Source: Candidatus Sumerlaeia bacterium (lineage in GTDB: Bacteria; Sumerlaeota; Sumerlaeia; SLMS01). Taken from it: a stretch of 29,207 bases of DNA. A program made the position numbers and the translations under genes. The notes below the pieces were generated by a model. That model made no database searches. It was not told the origin of the DNA and worked only from the letters and a program-made list of their open reading frames with translations. This document shows, piece after piece, positions 9,321 through 17,535 of the stretch (position 1 is the first letter of the stretch; each line of letters opens with the position of its first letter). Location: the NCBI GenBank assembly GCA_038208905.1, contig JBBQYG010000036.1, forward strand, positions 1 to 29,207. The letters are read 5' to 3'.

Positions 9321-10103
9321 CATCGCCACCCTCACCCTCTCAATCCCGCTCGCTTCCCCCGTGTCGGGGTTGGCGCGGATGAGAACGGCGTTGAGGCTGA
9401 CTTCGCGGGCGGGGGCGACTTCGAAGCGGCGGGGGCGTTGGGTGAGGAGGGCTTCGAGGATGACTTCCTTGTCGTCTCCGATGATGGAGTCATAGGGGCC
9501 CGTCATGCCGACGTCGGTTATGTAGGCGGTGCCATGGTGGAGCAGCCGTTCGTCGGCCGTGGGGACGTGGGTGTGGGTGCCCACAACGGCGGTGACGCGG
9601 CCATCGAGGTACCACCCCATCGCCATTTTTTCCGACGTGGTCTCTGCGTGAAAATCCAGAAGGATCAGGCGCGTGTGCTTGCCGATCTCGGCGAGGGCGG
9701 CCTCCACTCCGCGGAAGGGATCGTCGTAATGGGGGCCCATGAACGTGCGTCCACAGGCGTTGATCACGCCGATCACGGGGCCCGCCTCGCTGTGGTGCAC
9801 CACCCACCCGCGCCCCGGGGCGCCGGGGGGATAGTTGAGTGGGCGCACCAGGCGCTCCTCGCGTTCGATGAAGTCATAGCTGGTCTTCTGGGCGTAGATG
9901 TGGTTCCCGCCCGTCAGCACATCGCACCCAGCCTTGAAGAGCTCGTGCCCGATCTCCTCCGTGACGCCCTTGCCACCCGCGGAGTTCTCGCAGTTCGCGA
10001 TCACGATATCGACCGCGAGACGGGACTTAAGCTCCGGCAACAGGCGCCGGATGGCCTGTCGTCCGGGGTTTCCAAAAATGTCGCCGATAAACAGGATATT
10101 CAT
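9318..10103 (-). CDS. ymdB: YmdB-like metallophosphoesterase (TIGR00282 family)
   Basis: MNILFIGDIFGNPGR, NCENSAGG, TGGNH, RPLNYP, DFHAETTSEK, GTHTHVPTAD, TDVGMTGP. Confidence 0.95.
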   Translation of the reverse strand: MNILFIGDIFGNPGRQAIRRLLPELKSRLAVDIVIANCENSAGGKGVTEEIGHELFKAGCDVLTGGNHIYAQKTSYDFIEREERLVRPLNYPPGAPGRGWVVHHSEAGPVIGVINACGRTFMGPHYDDPFRGVEAALAEIGKHTRLILLDFHAETTSEKMAMGWYLDGRVTAVVGTHTHVPTADERLLHHGTAYITDVGMTGPYDSIIGDDKEVILEALLTQRPRRFEVAPAREVSLNAVLIRANPDTGEASGIERVRVAM

Positions 10104-10254
10104 GCTCCAAGCGGGGCATAACGGAGTGGCGGGGGAAAGGCGATTCAACGGGGCGAGGCGAGAGAAGGGGACTTGCCAGAGGGGGTGCTTTGGGATACCC
10201 AGCCGCAGCCTGTCAGGTCGCCCGTCTGCGACACCCAGCCGCGGGAGAATAACC

Positions 10255-10506
10255 ATGAACGAAGTCACCATTCGTTTGCATGTCGAGCCACTCGAAGAAG
10301 GCGGCTTTGTGGCCACCAGCCCCGACGTCCCCGGCTTGGTGGCGGAAGGACGATCAATCTCCGAAGCCGTCGCCATTGCTCAGGACTTGGCACGGAAGAT
10401 CGTCGAGTCGTGTCTGGACCATGGTGATCCGGTGCCGGAGGCACTCCTCAACTTGGTCGATGCAACAGCCGGGATCGATCTGCTTGTGCCAGTCGCCGTT
10501 CGCTGA
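10255..10506 (+). CDS. hicB: HicB family antitoxin (short, no DNA-binding domain evident)
   Basis: VEPLEEGGFVATSPDVPGLVAEGRSISEA...GDPVP is the HicB partial RNase H fold. GGGAG RBS. Confidence 0.9.
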   Translation: MNEVTIRLHVEPLEEGGFVATSPDVPGLVAEGRSISEAVAIAQDLARKIVESCLDHGDPVPEALLNLVDATAGIDLLVPVAVR

Positions 10507-10730
10507 TGGGGAGGTAGGCTGGATTCAAATATAGCGAGATTGCAAGGAAGCTGAAAGTGCTCGGCTATGCCTTTCACCGGTCGGGGGGCGGCAGCCACGA
10601 GGTCTGGCGTCATGTTTCATCCGGGCGAAAGATAGCGATCCCCCATCACTCGCGGGATATGCCCGATGGCACCCTCAGGACCGTACTGCGCGAAGCAGGC
10701 ATCGCCCCTGACCAGTTTCTAGAGGCGTAG
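10506..10730 (+). pseudogene. hicA: HicA family toxin with in-frame TAG at codon 4
   Basis: Manual translation from the TGATG overlap: MGR*AGFKYSEIARKLKVLGYAFHRSGGGSHEVWRHVSSGRKIAIPHHSRDMPDGTLRTVLREAGIAPDQFLEA. The GSH motif is present. Not in the ORF track. Confidence 0.88.
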
Positions 10731-10942
10731 GCTCTGCCCTTCGCCACAATCTGCCCAGCCGTAAAACCCGGGTCTCCCAACCGCAGAGTCGCGATTCCAT
10801 GGCCCTGCCCTTCGCGCGCATTTGCAAATATCCCTTCAATTTCAGACTATTCCACGTTCGTCTGGTGGCGCCACCCTTGCATTCCAAGCCCGAGGAGGAG
10901 GGGGGCTGTGGGAGGCTCCCATATCCACGGAGGGCGGTGCGC

Positions 10943-11362
10943 ATGTTCAAACGGATGAACCTCGACGGCTTGCGCGGAGCCGCGACCTTGGCGGCCGCTG
11001 TTGGGGTGATGGCGACGGCGCATGGGCAGGATGCACGCCCGGAACTGCTCCGCGAGCACGAGCCGAGGGTTCACGAGATTATCAGGCAGCGCCAGGAGGA
11101 GGCGGCGAAGAAGGGCGGCGCCGCTCAGGCCCCGGCTTTTGCGACCGATCTGAACGCGACATCGCCCCGTGTGGGCAGGAAGTCCGCGGGTTGGGAGCCG
11201 GTGGGATTCAGCCCCGCCGATCTGTCGGAAGCCATCCGCGTGCTGGGTATTTCACGGTTGCGGATTGCGGAAGTTGATTCCACCGGCAAGCGGCTGGTGG
11301 TGCTGGAAAGGGGCCGCGCCCAGCGGCAGATCGGGCGCCTGATGGCGATGCTTGCGCCATGA
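10943..11362 (+). CDS. Small exported protein with a secretin N-domain (NolW)-like C-terminus
   Basis: GGAGG RBS, signal peptide ending AHG, and a C-terminal ~53 aa that aligns without gaps to the first N-repeat of the adjacent secretin. Confidence 0.65.
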   Translation: MFKRMNLDGLRGAATLAAAVGVMATAHGQDARPELLREHEPRVHEIIRQRQEEAAKKGGAAQAPAFATDLNATSPRVGRKSAGWEPVGFSPADLSEAIRVLGISRLRIAEVDSTGKRLVVLERGRAQRQIGRLMAMLAP

Positions 11363-11528
11363 GGCGGCGCTTTCCCGTGGACATCGTTGGCGCCCCACGA
11401 ATACTGGTGCTCCCGCCTGCTGGGGGCGCTAACTTCCGCGCCGGGGCCCGGGTCCGGTCAGGGCCAGACTGCCGTGCCGGCCGGGAGGCCGAGTTGACTA
11501 CCCGCCACACAGGGGATGGAGCCGCTTG

Positions 11529-13847
11529 ATGATTGTTCGCCGATTCGACGCGAAGCGCCAGTGCCTGCGGGTGCTCGTTGCCTACATGGCCCTCTCGGCC
11601 GCCTTTGTCACGCCGTATGGCGCGGGAAGCCTGTTTGCGCAGGAAGAGGGCGAGAAGCCCGCCGAGCCCGCGGCTGCCTCTCCTGTTGCGATCCCCGGCT
11701 CCGCCGCCCCTGCACCGGCGGCGGCAGGCGGCGAAGCCCCCGCGCCTTCGGCGCTTGTCACCATCGCCATGAACGATGGCAGGATCGAGAGCGCCGCCGC
11801 CGTGCTTTCCAGCCAGGCGGGCGGGTCCGTCACCATCTTCGGCAAGGCCGCCAACACGCGCGTCACCGTGATTGCGGAGGACCAGCCCATCGACTCCGTC
11901 CTCAACAGCATCGCCAACCCCGGCGGCTTCGTTTGGTGGCGCGACGACAATGGCGACTATGGAATCGGCGACCGGGACTACTACGAGAAGAACATCCTGC
12001 CCGGCCGCGTGATCCAGAAGGTCTTCCTTCCCAAGAACATCAAGGCCAGCGAACTCGACAAGGCCATCAAGGGCATGATGACGCCCAACGTGGGTTCCAG
12101 CGTCGCCGACGACCGCACCAACAAGCTGATCGTCAACGACCTTCCCCAGGCGCTGGAGCGCATCGAGCGCTTCATCCGCGAGATCGACGTGCAGCTCGTG
12201 ATCCGCGTCTTCTACATCCGCCACGCCGACGTGGAGGACATCGCCAAGAAGATCGAAAGCTACAAGTCGGGCCCCGGCACCATCGAGGTCGATACACGCA
12301 CCCACCTGATCGTGGTGTCGGACCTGTTGGCGAACATCAAGAAGATGGAACTCCTGATCGACATCCTCGATGTCGGGCCGGAGATCGTCATCTATGACGT
12401 GAACAACATCGGTATCGAGGGCGAGGACCTGGAGGACCTGAAGGCGGTGATCGACAAGATCCGCACGAAGGACGACCGGCTCCTCTTCGAGGTGAACGAG
12501 AAGCAGGGAAGCTTCATCCTGGAGGACGTCCCCGAGGTCCACGAGCGCGTGGAGCAGCTCCTCGATGGACTCGATCAGCCCGTGAAGCAGGTGCTGATCC
12601 AGGGAGAAATCCTCTCCACCGCGTTCACTCGCAATTTCAACTTCGGCCTGACGCAGTTCCAGTGGTCCAGCGACCTGCTCGCCGCGCGGTCCCAGGGTGC
12701 CGTGGGCGCTGGCCAGTTTCCCAACGGGGGCACGACGACCGGCGGCACGGCCGCGCCGCCGAGCTATACGGACCTCGACCGCATCTTCCCGAACATCGGG
12801 CTCGCGGGCGACACGCTGACGGGGAACTACCTGTCCCAAACGGTGCTCTTCCAGTACCAGGCGGTCTTCAATGACTCCAGCACCCGGGTGCTGCTTCAGC
12901 CGCGCGTGCTGGTGAAGAACCAGCAGGAGTCGCGCATCTTCGTCGGTTCCGAGACGCCGTTCCTCACCACGTTCTTCGACGACACCACGAACAACACCTC
13001 CTCCAGCCGCCGCACCTCCACACAGTCCACGGTGACCTCGGGTCTTACCTTCGAGGTGACGCCCTCCATCACCAACAGCTACCTGATCGAACTCCAGCTC
13101 AGCATCGACAACGACGAGGCCAAGCCAGAGGACATCCCCGATGGCACGAGCACGACCCGCGTGGTTGGGCGAGACCGCCAGCAGGTGGAAACAACGCTGC
13201 AGATTCCCAGCGGCCAGTCGCGCATGATCGGTGGCCTGATCCGCAATTCCAACAGCGACGGCAGCAGCGGGCTTCCCTTCCTCGCTTCGCTTCCCTGGAT
13301 CGGTTCGCTCTTCGGCGCCAAAACCAGCGCCAAGACGGCGACGAACTTGATGATCTTCATCACGCCCTCCATCGTGGAGGACGTCCTGCCGCGCGCCACC
13401 TCTGTGGACGGACGCCGCGGGCGGCTCGTCACCGACTACAAGCGCGTTCCCGGCGAGTTCGACCTCGGACTCGAGGACGCTCCCGCCACCGGCGAGGAGT
13501 CGCCGATTTCCGCGCCGTCCTCCGCGGAGGACCTGCTCTCGGGCGATGCCCGCGTCGAGCAGGAGCACATGGAGGCCTTCGAGGATAGCAAGCGGCGCCG
13601 CAATGAGGCCCTGACCGAAGGCGACACGGCGGGGAACTACACGCCCTCCATCGGCACCGGCAGCGCCACACTGAACTCCGCCGGAGCACCCGCCGCCGGT
13701 GGCACGGCGCCACCACGCGTTCCCCCGCCGCAGCCCAACACCGGGCAGCAGCCCGTTCCCGTGGAAGTCCCCCAGCGCACCGCACCGGGCGCCCCGCAGC
13801 CCCCCGCCGATGGCGGGGCGGCACCGGCGGAGACGACGTATAGGTAG
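11529..13847 (+). CDS. Secretin (GspD/PilQ family outer-membrane pore)
   Basis: Signal peptide, three NolW-like repeats (DDRTNKLIV, DTRTHLIVV, NEKQGSFIL), QVLIQGEI, GLTFEVTPSI, IGGLI, GLPFLASLPWIGSLF, LMIFITPSIV, and a Pro-rich tail. Confidence 0.93.
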   Translation: MIVRRFDAKRQCLRVLVAYMALSAAFVTPYGAGSLFAQEEGEKPAEPAAASPVAIPGSAAPAPAAAGGEAPAPSALVTIAMNDGRIESAAAVLSSQAGGSVTIFGKAANTRVTVIAEDQPIDSVLNSIANPGGFVWWRDDNGDYGIGDRDYYEKNILPGRVIQKVFLPKNIKASELDKAIKGMMTPNVGSSVADDRTNKLIVNDLPQALERIERFIREIDVQLVIRVFYIRHADVEDIAKKIESYKSGPGTIEVDTRTHLIVVSDLLANIKKMELLIDILDVGPEIVIYDVNNIGIEGEDLEDLKAVIDKIRTKDDRLLFEVNEKQGSFILEDVPEVHERVEQLLDGLDQPVKQVLIQGEILSTAFTRNFNFGLTQFQWSSDLLAARSQGAVGAGQFPNGGTTTGGTAAPPSYTDLDRIFPNIGLAGDTLTGNYLSQTVLFQYQAVFNDSSTRVLLQPRVLVKNQQESRIFVGSETPFLTTFFDDTTNNTSSSRRTSTQSTVTSGLTFEVTPSITNSYLIELQLSIDNDEAKPEDIPDGTSTTRVVGRDRQQVETTLQIPSGQSRMIGGLIRNSNSDGSSGLPFLASLPWIGSLFGAKTSAKTATNLMIFITPSIVEDVLPRATSVDGRRGRLVTDYKRVPGEFDLGLEDAPATGEESPISAPSSAEDLLSGDARVEQEHMEAFEDSKRRRNEALTEGDTAGNYTPSIGTGSATLNSAGAPAAGGTAPPRVPPPQPNTGQQPVPVEVPQRTAPGAPQPPADGGAAPAETTYR

Positions 13848-13848
13848 G

Positions 13849-13956
13849 TAACGGCAGGGAAAGGCGGGAACAACGGGAGCGGCTTAACTGCATCGGGCTA
13901 CCGCGATTTCGTTGTCACCGCTTTTCCCGCCTTTCCCGCTGTTTCCCTTTTCCCCT
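13849..13956. repeat. Second copy of the 9-nt periodic inverted repeat element
   Basis: taacggcagggaaaggcgggaacaacggg ... ccgcttttcccgcctttcccgctgtttcccttttcccc. Confidence 0.75.
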
Positions 13957-13959
13957 CCT

Positions 13960-15033
13960 ATGATCATCCTCCACCTCAACACCGAATCGGGCTTTCGCGG
14001 CGGAGAGCGGCAGGTACTGCTCCTGGCGCAGGGGCTCGCGCGACGCGGGCATCGGCAGTTGGTGGCGTGCCTGGAGGGTGGCGAGTTGCAGGCGCGGCTG
14101 GCGCAGGAGGGCATCGCGACGGCGGGATTCCGCAAGTCGCGCCTGATGGGAATCCACAGCCCGATGCTGCGCGCGTGGGTGCGGCGCGTGGCGCGTGACT
14201 TCGGCCCAGAAATCGTTCACGCCCACACGGGGAACGCACACGCGCTGGCAGCGGGGGCAATCCGCGGGCGGCTGCCGCTGGTGGTTACGCGGCGCGTGGA
14301 CTTCGAAGTGGGCGCGCGCTATCGGCTACCGGGTCAGCACTACATTGCCATCTCCAACGGAGTGCGCGAGGTGCTGGAGCGCGCCGGCGTCGCGCGCGAC
14401 CGCATCGACGTGGTGTATAGCGGTATAGACACGGCCCGCGTGACGGGCGGCGATCGCGCCACACTGCGCAAGGCATGGCTGGGCGACGATGCCGGGCCGC
14501 TCGTGGGCTTCGTTGGCGCGCTGGTGGATCACAAGGCGCCGTGGATCCTGGCACAGGCGGCGGCGATGGTCAGGGCACGCTTCCCCGGCGCGCGCATCGT
14601 GTTGGTCGGCGATGGAGAGGAACGCGCGCGCATCGAATCCATCCGGGCGCTGCATCCGCATGCCATCGTCCTCGCCGGGTGGCGCGACGACGTGGCGGAT
14701 TGCTATGCCGCGTTCGACCTCTTCGCGATGCCATCCAAGCTGGAGGGCCTCTGCACCTCCCTCGTCGATGCCCTTGCCGCGCGCGTTCCCTGCGTCGCCA
14801 GCGCCGTGGGCGGAATTCCCGACGTGGTGGTGGATGGCGAAACCGGAGTCCTGGTGCCGCCGGAGAATCCCCACGCACTGACCGACGCGCTCGCGAGCCT
14901 CTGGCAGGATGCGCCGCGCCGCGCCCGCTTTGCCGACGCCGGCCAACGCCGCGTGGCGGAGCACTTCACCGCCGATGCGATGGTGGAGGGGACGGAGAGG
15001 GTGTATCGGAAGGTGCTGGGCCTGGCGAAGTGA
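13960..15033 (+). CDS. Glycosyltransferase family 4
   Basis: GFRGGERQV, IVHAH, VVYSGID, PSKLEGLCTSLVDALA, GGIPDVVVDGETGVLV. Confidence 0.93.
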   Translation: MIILHLNTESGFRGGERQVLLLAQGLARRGHRQLVACLEGGELQARLAQEGIATAGFRKSRLMGIHSPMLRAWVRRVARDFGPEIVHAHTGNAHALAAGAIRGRLPLVVTRRVDFEVGARYRLPGQHYIAISNGVREVLERAGVARDRIDVVYSGIDTARVTGGDRATLRKAWLGDDAGPLVGFVGALVDHKAPWILAQAAAMVRARFPGARIVLVGDGEERARIESIRALHPHAIVLAGWRDDVADCYAAFDLFAMPSKLEGLCTSLVDALAARVPCVASAVGGIPDVVVDGETGVLVPPENPHALTDALASLWQDAPRRARFADAGQRRVAEHFTADAMVEGTERVYRKVLGLAK

Positions 15034-15261
15034 CTACCGCAGCTTGATGAACTCATCGACGGTGAATCCAGCATCCTTGGGTATCCGCACGGCGAGCCCT
15101 CGCCCGATATCGGCAGACCGATGGGGTGGTATTGTCACTTTGACACCCTTGCCTGCATTGAACAGCACAACGTGGCTCCCTCGCTGATGATCAAACAGGA
15201 ATCCGTGGGCCTCGAGAAATGCGATCAATTCTCTCGCAGAGACTTGGGGCATCCCACTCAT
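15034..15261 (-). CDS. hicA: HicA family toxin
   Basis: ARELIAFLEAHGF..HQRGSHVVL...VTIPPH..DIGRGL...KDAG. The ATGA overlap couples it to hicB. Confidence 0.9.
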   Translation of the reverse strand: MSGMPQVSARELIAFLEAHGFLFDHQRGSHVVLFNAGKGVKVTIPPHRSADIGRGLAVRIPKDAGFTVDEFIKLR

Positions 15262-15497
15262 GCGGGGTAGCCTATTGAAAGCTCTTCCACATGCACAATC
15301 TTGCCATCCTGCGGTATCGGCATTCCGTCAGCCTCGAGGCGCTCGAGGTGAAGCTGCAATGCCTCGCGACTCCCACTCTTGGCATCCTTGATCGTGGCGC
15401 CGTTGCTGAAACATCCCGACAGCGAAGGGACATAGGCGTAGTAACCGTGATCCTCGGGTTCCTTCTCGACGAGAATCTGAAACGAGTAGAATGTCAC
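15258..15497 (-). CDS. hicB: HicB family antitoxin (short)
   Basis: ILVEKEPEDHGYYAYVPSLSGCFSNGATIKDA...EALQLHLE...GMPIP. Probable GTG start at 15497. Confidence 0.9.
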   Translation of the reverse strand: MTFYSFQILVEKEPEDHGYYAYVPSLSGCFSNGATIKDAKSGSREALQLHLERLEADGMPIPQDGKIVHVEELSIGYPA

Positions 15498-15556
15498 AGT
15501 CGGGATTCTTCCAGTTGGACGAGTACGATCAGATGGCGGGCGGCGAAAAACATCAA

Positions 15557-16150
15557 CTAGCCAACTCGATGACTGTGGCACTCCTCCCACTCGTCATATA
15601 ACCGGAAAAGCACCTCTCGCGCGCTGCCGCCCGCGTCGCGCAGGCGGACCTCCATTGCGGCAGGATTGTGCGCGGCGCTCCTGGTTAACTCGGCGGCGAC
15701 TTGGGCGAGGGCTTCGGCGCGCGGTTGGACATTGAACGCTTCCCCGTGGCCAAGATGTACATGGGCCGTCAGCACGGCCTTGATTCTCCGCGCGGCGCAC
15801 GCACGGATGAGCGCGGCAAGCTGGCGCGGGGGAATCACTTCTCCGCCGTCTATAAAGCAATACGCCGCCCCGCGCAGCTTCCAGCGCCACGACCACGGTA
15901 GGCGGGGCTCGTCGCGCCGGGCGCGGAAGCAGACGCAAATGGCGCCACGCGATTCAGCGGCGCCGCGCAGTGTGTGGAGAAGCGTCGACTTGCCAGCGCC
16001 ATGAATGCCGACCAGTTCAAGGACCGCAGGCGCGCGATCCAGCCGCGCCAGCATTCCATCGGCCGATTCCCCCTCCTCGAAGAGATACGCAATCGCGCCC
16101 GGCGCGACGCGGTGGGAGCTGAAGGGGTTCGATGGCGCGCCGCGCTTCAC
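15557..16150 (-). CDS. Small P-loop NTPase of unknown function
   Basis: N-terminal SNPF, Walker A GIHGAGKST, Walker B-like YCFIDGGE. The GTG start overlaps the upstream TGA (GTGA). Confidence 0.75.
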   Translation of the reverse strand: MKRGAPSNPFSSHRVAPGAIAYLFEEGESADGMLARLDRAPAVLELVGIHGAGKSTLLHTLRGAAESRGAICVCFRARRDEPRLPWSWRWKLRGAAYCFIDGGEVIPPRQLAALIRACAARRIKAVLTAHVHLGHGEAFNVQPRAEALAQVAAELTRSAAHNPAAMEVRLRDAGGSAREVLFRLYDEWEECHSHRVG

Positions 16151-16554
16151 AGGCTGGCTGTCGGTAGTTGAATGCCCGCGGGATTCGGATGGATGACGAT
16201 GGGTATTTCCTCGGAGACTTCCTTGCCCCGCATCCCCCGTGCATAGACGCCGACCACCCAGTGAATCTTGATGAGGACGCCGTGATACGTCCACGGCATC
16301 TGGGGGACCTTGAGGCGGAACTTGCGCTCGTTCTGGGGGGACATCTCCTCGCCCCCCCCGGCGAGCCGCACGCCCACCGCCGCCTGACAGTCCTCGTCGC
16401 CGCGCCCCTCCGTGCGCCAGCCCAGCGTGACATCCATGTACTTGCACTGCCAGGCTTCAAAGTGACGAACCACCACGCCGCCGCCGACAAACGCGCCGGG
16501 GGTGTAGCGGCGCTCTCCGCCGTCGAGCCGGATCGAAAGGGTCAGACCCTCCAT
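16147..16554 (-). CDS. Hypothetical protein, arrestin-N/SpoOM-like beta sandwich
   Basis: LSIRLD..RRYTPGAFVGGGV, LGWRTEGRG, FRLKVPQMPWTYHGVLIKIHWVVGV. GGAGG RBS before the ATG at 16554. Confidence 0.7.
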   Translation of the reverse strand: MEGLTLSIRLDGGERRYTPGAFVGGGVVVRHFEAWQCKYMDVTLGWRTEGRGDEDCQAAVGVRLAGGGEEMSPQNERKFRLKVPQMPWTYHGVLIKIHWVVGVYARGMRGKEVSEEIPIVIHPNPAGIQLPTASL

Positions 16555-17480
16555 GACGATTTCACCTCCGGAATCACGCGGAATTCGAACGTATCCTTCA
16601 CGTCGGGACGACCGGGGATCACGAGCGAGAGTTCCAACAGCCACCTGACGCCATTGTTCGATGACTTGAAGGAATGCATCGCGTCCGCGGGGATCGCCAC
16701 GTCGGCATCCATGATCGGTGCCCCGCTGTCTGCGCGAAGGCCCTCGCGCTCGACGATTGTCTCCTCGTGGACCAGATTCTTCGCCGTCACCGTATCGGTG
16801 CCCTGGCGGTATCGGGCCTCCTCTTGGCAGAGAAGCCGGAGCGTCAGCTTCTCGATGGGAAAACTTCCCTTCTGGAAGATGAAGACCCGGAGCGATTCGC
16901 CGGGCGAGACGGGATCGCGGGAGATCTCCACACGCGAATCGCCCACCAGAATGTATCCAAGAATGGCGTGCCCCGCGGCATACAGGATCAGCAGGCCGAT
17001 CAGGCCGAAGATGCCGACGCAGATCATGCCGATGAATTCACGATCCCTCACGACGAAGAAAAGGGCTCCCCACGATATCCCATTCCAAATCAGGGCGGCG
17101 ATCGATAATCCAATCGCCTTGGCCAACGCGCTGGCGCCGGGGCTGAGGCGGAAGCCGCGCCGCCCGCGCACTTGCTTGAACTTCGGAAAGAGCGGATTCG
17201 CATCCCACGGTGGCGCCTCCGCCACCAGGGCCACCCCGCCCCTAGACGTGCGCATCGCGCGTAGCCCCGCGATGAACATCACCAGACCGACACCTGTAAA
17301 GATCAGGCCAAAGATTGCTGGAATGATCACGTTGGCCCAACTGGCATAGCCTGCGCCAGGAATTGAAGGAACGATCGAAGCGGCCATCGCGGCGCCGCCG
17401 AATCCAATGAAAGGAAGCGAGAATGCCATCAGGCATCCTCCACCCACCGCGTTGGCGCCGCCCGGCCGCTTGGGCTTCAT
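16542..17480 (-). CDS. Membrane protein (about 4 TM) with a C-terminal arrestin-like beta domain
   Basis: Four hydrophobic segments including a WNG motif, then PVSPGESLRV...IPADAMHSFKSSNNGVRWLLEL...FEFRVIP. Confidence 0.75.
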   Translation of the reverse strand: MKPKRPGGANAVGGGCLMAFSLPFIGFGGAAMAASIVPSIPGAGYASWANVIIPAIFGLIFTGVGLVMFIAGLRAMRTSRGGVALVAEAPPWDANPLFPKFKQVRGRRGFRLSPGASALAKAIGLSIAALIWNGISWGALFFVVRDREFIGMICVGIFGLIGLLILYAAGHAILGYILVGDSRVEISRDPVSPGESLRVFIFQKGSFPIEKLTLRLLCQEEARYRQGTDTVTAKNLVHEETIVEREGLRADSGAPIMDADVAIPADAMHSFKSSNNGVRWLLELSLVIPGRPDVKDTFEFRVIPEVKSSWRV

Positions 17481-17535
17481 GGCGATCCGTCCTTTCGCTT
17501 TGCCTCGCTCGATGGCGTCATGGGAATTTCGCCCT

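Noticed and set aside
10515..10517. Genome-wide amber recoding or pyrrolysine
   Set aside because: TAG terminates many clear genes here (recD2, secretin, leuC, yebC), and no pyl genes are in the window.
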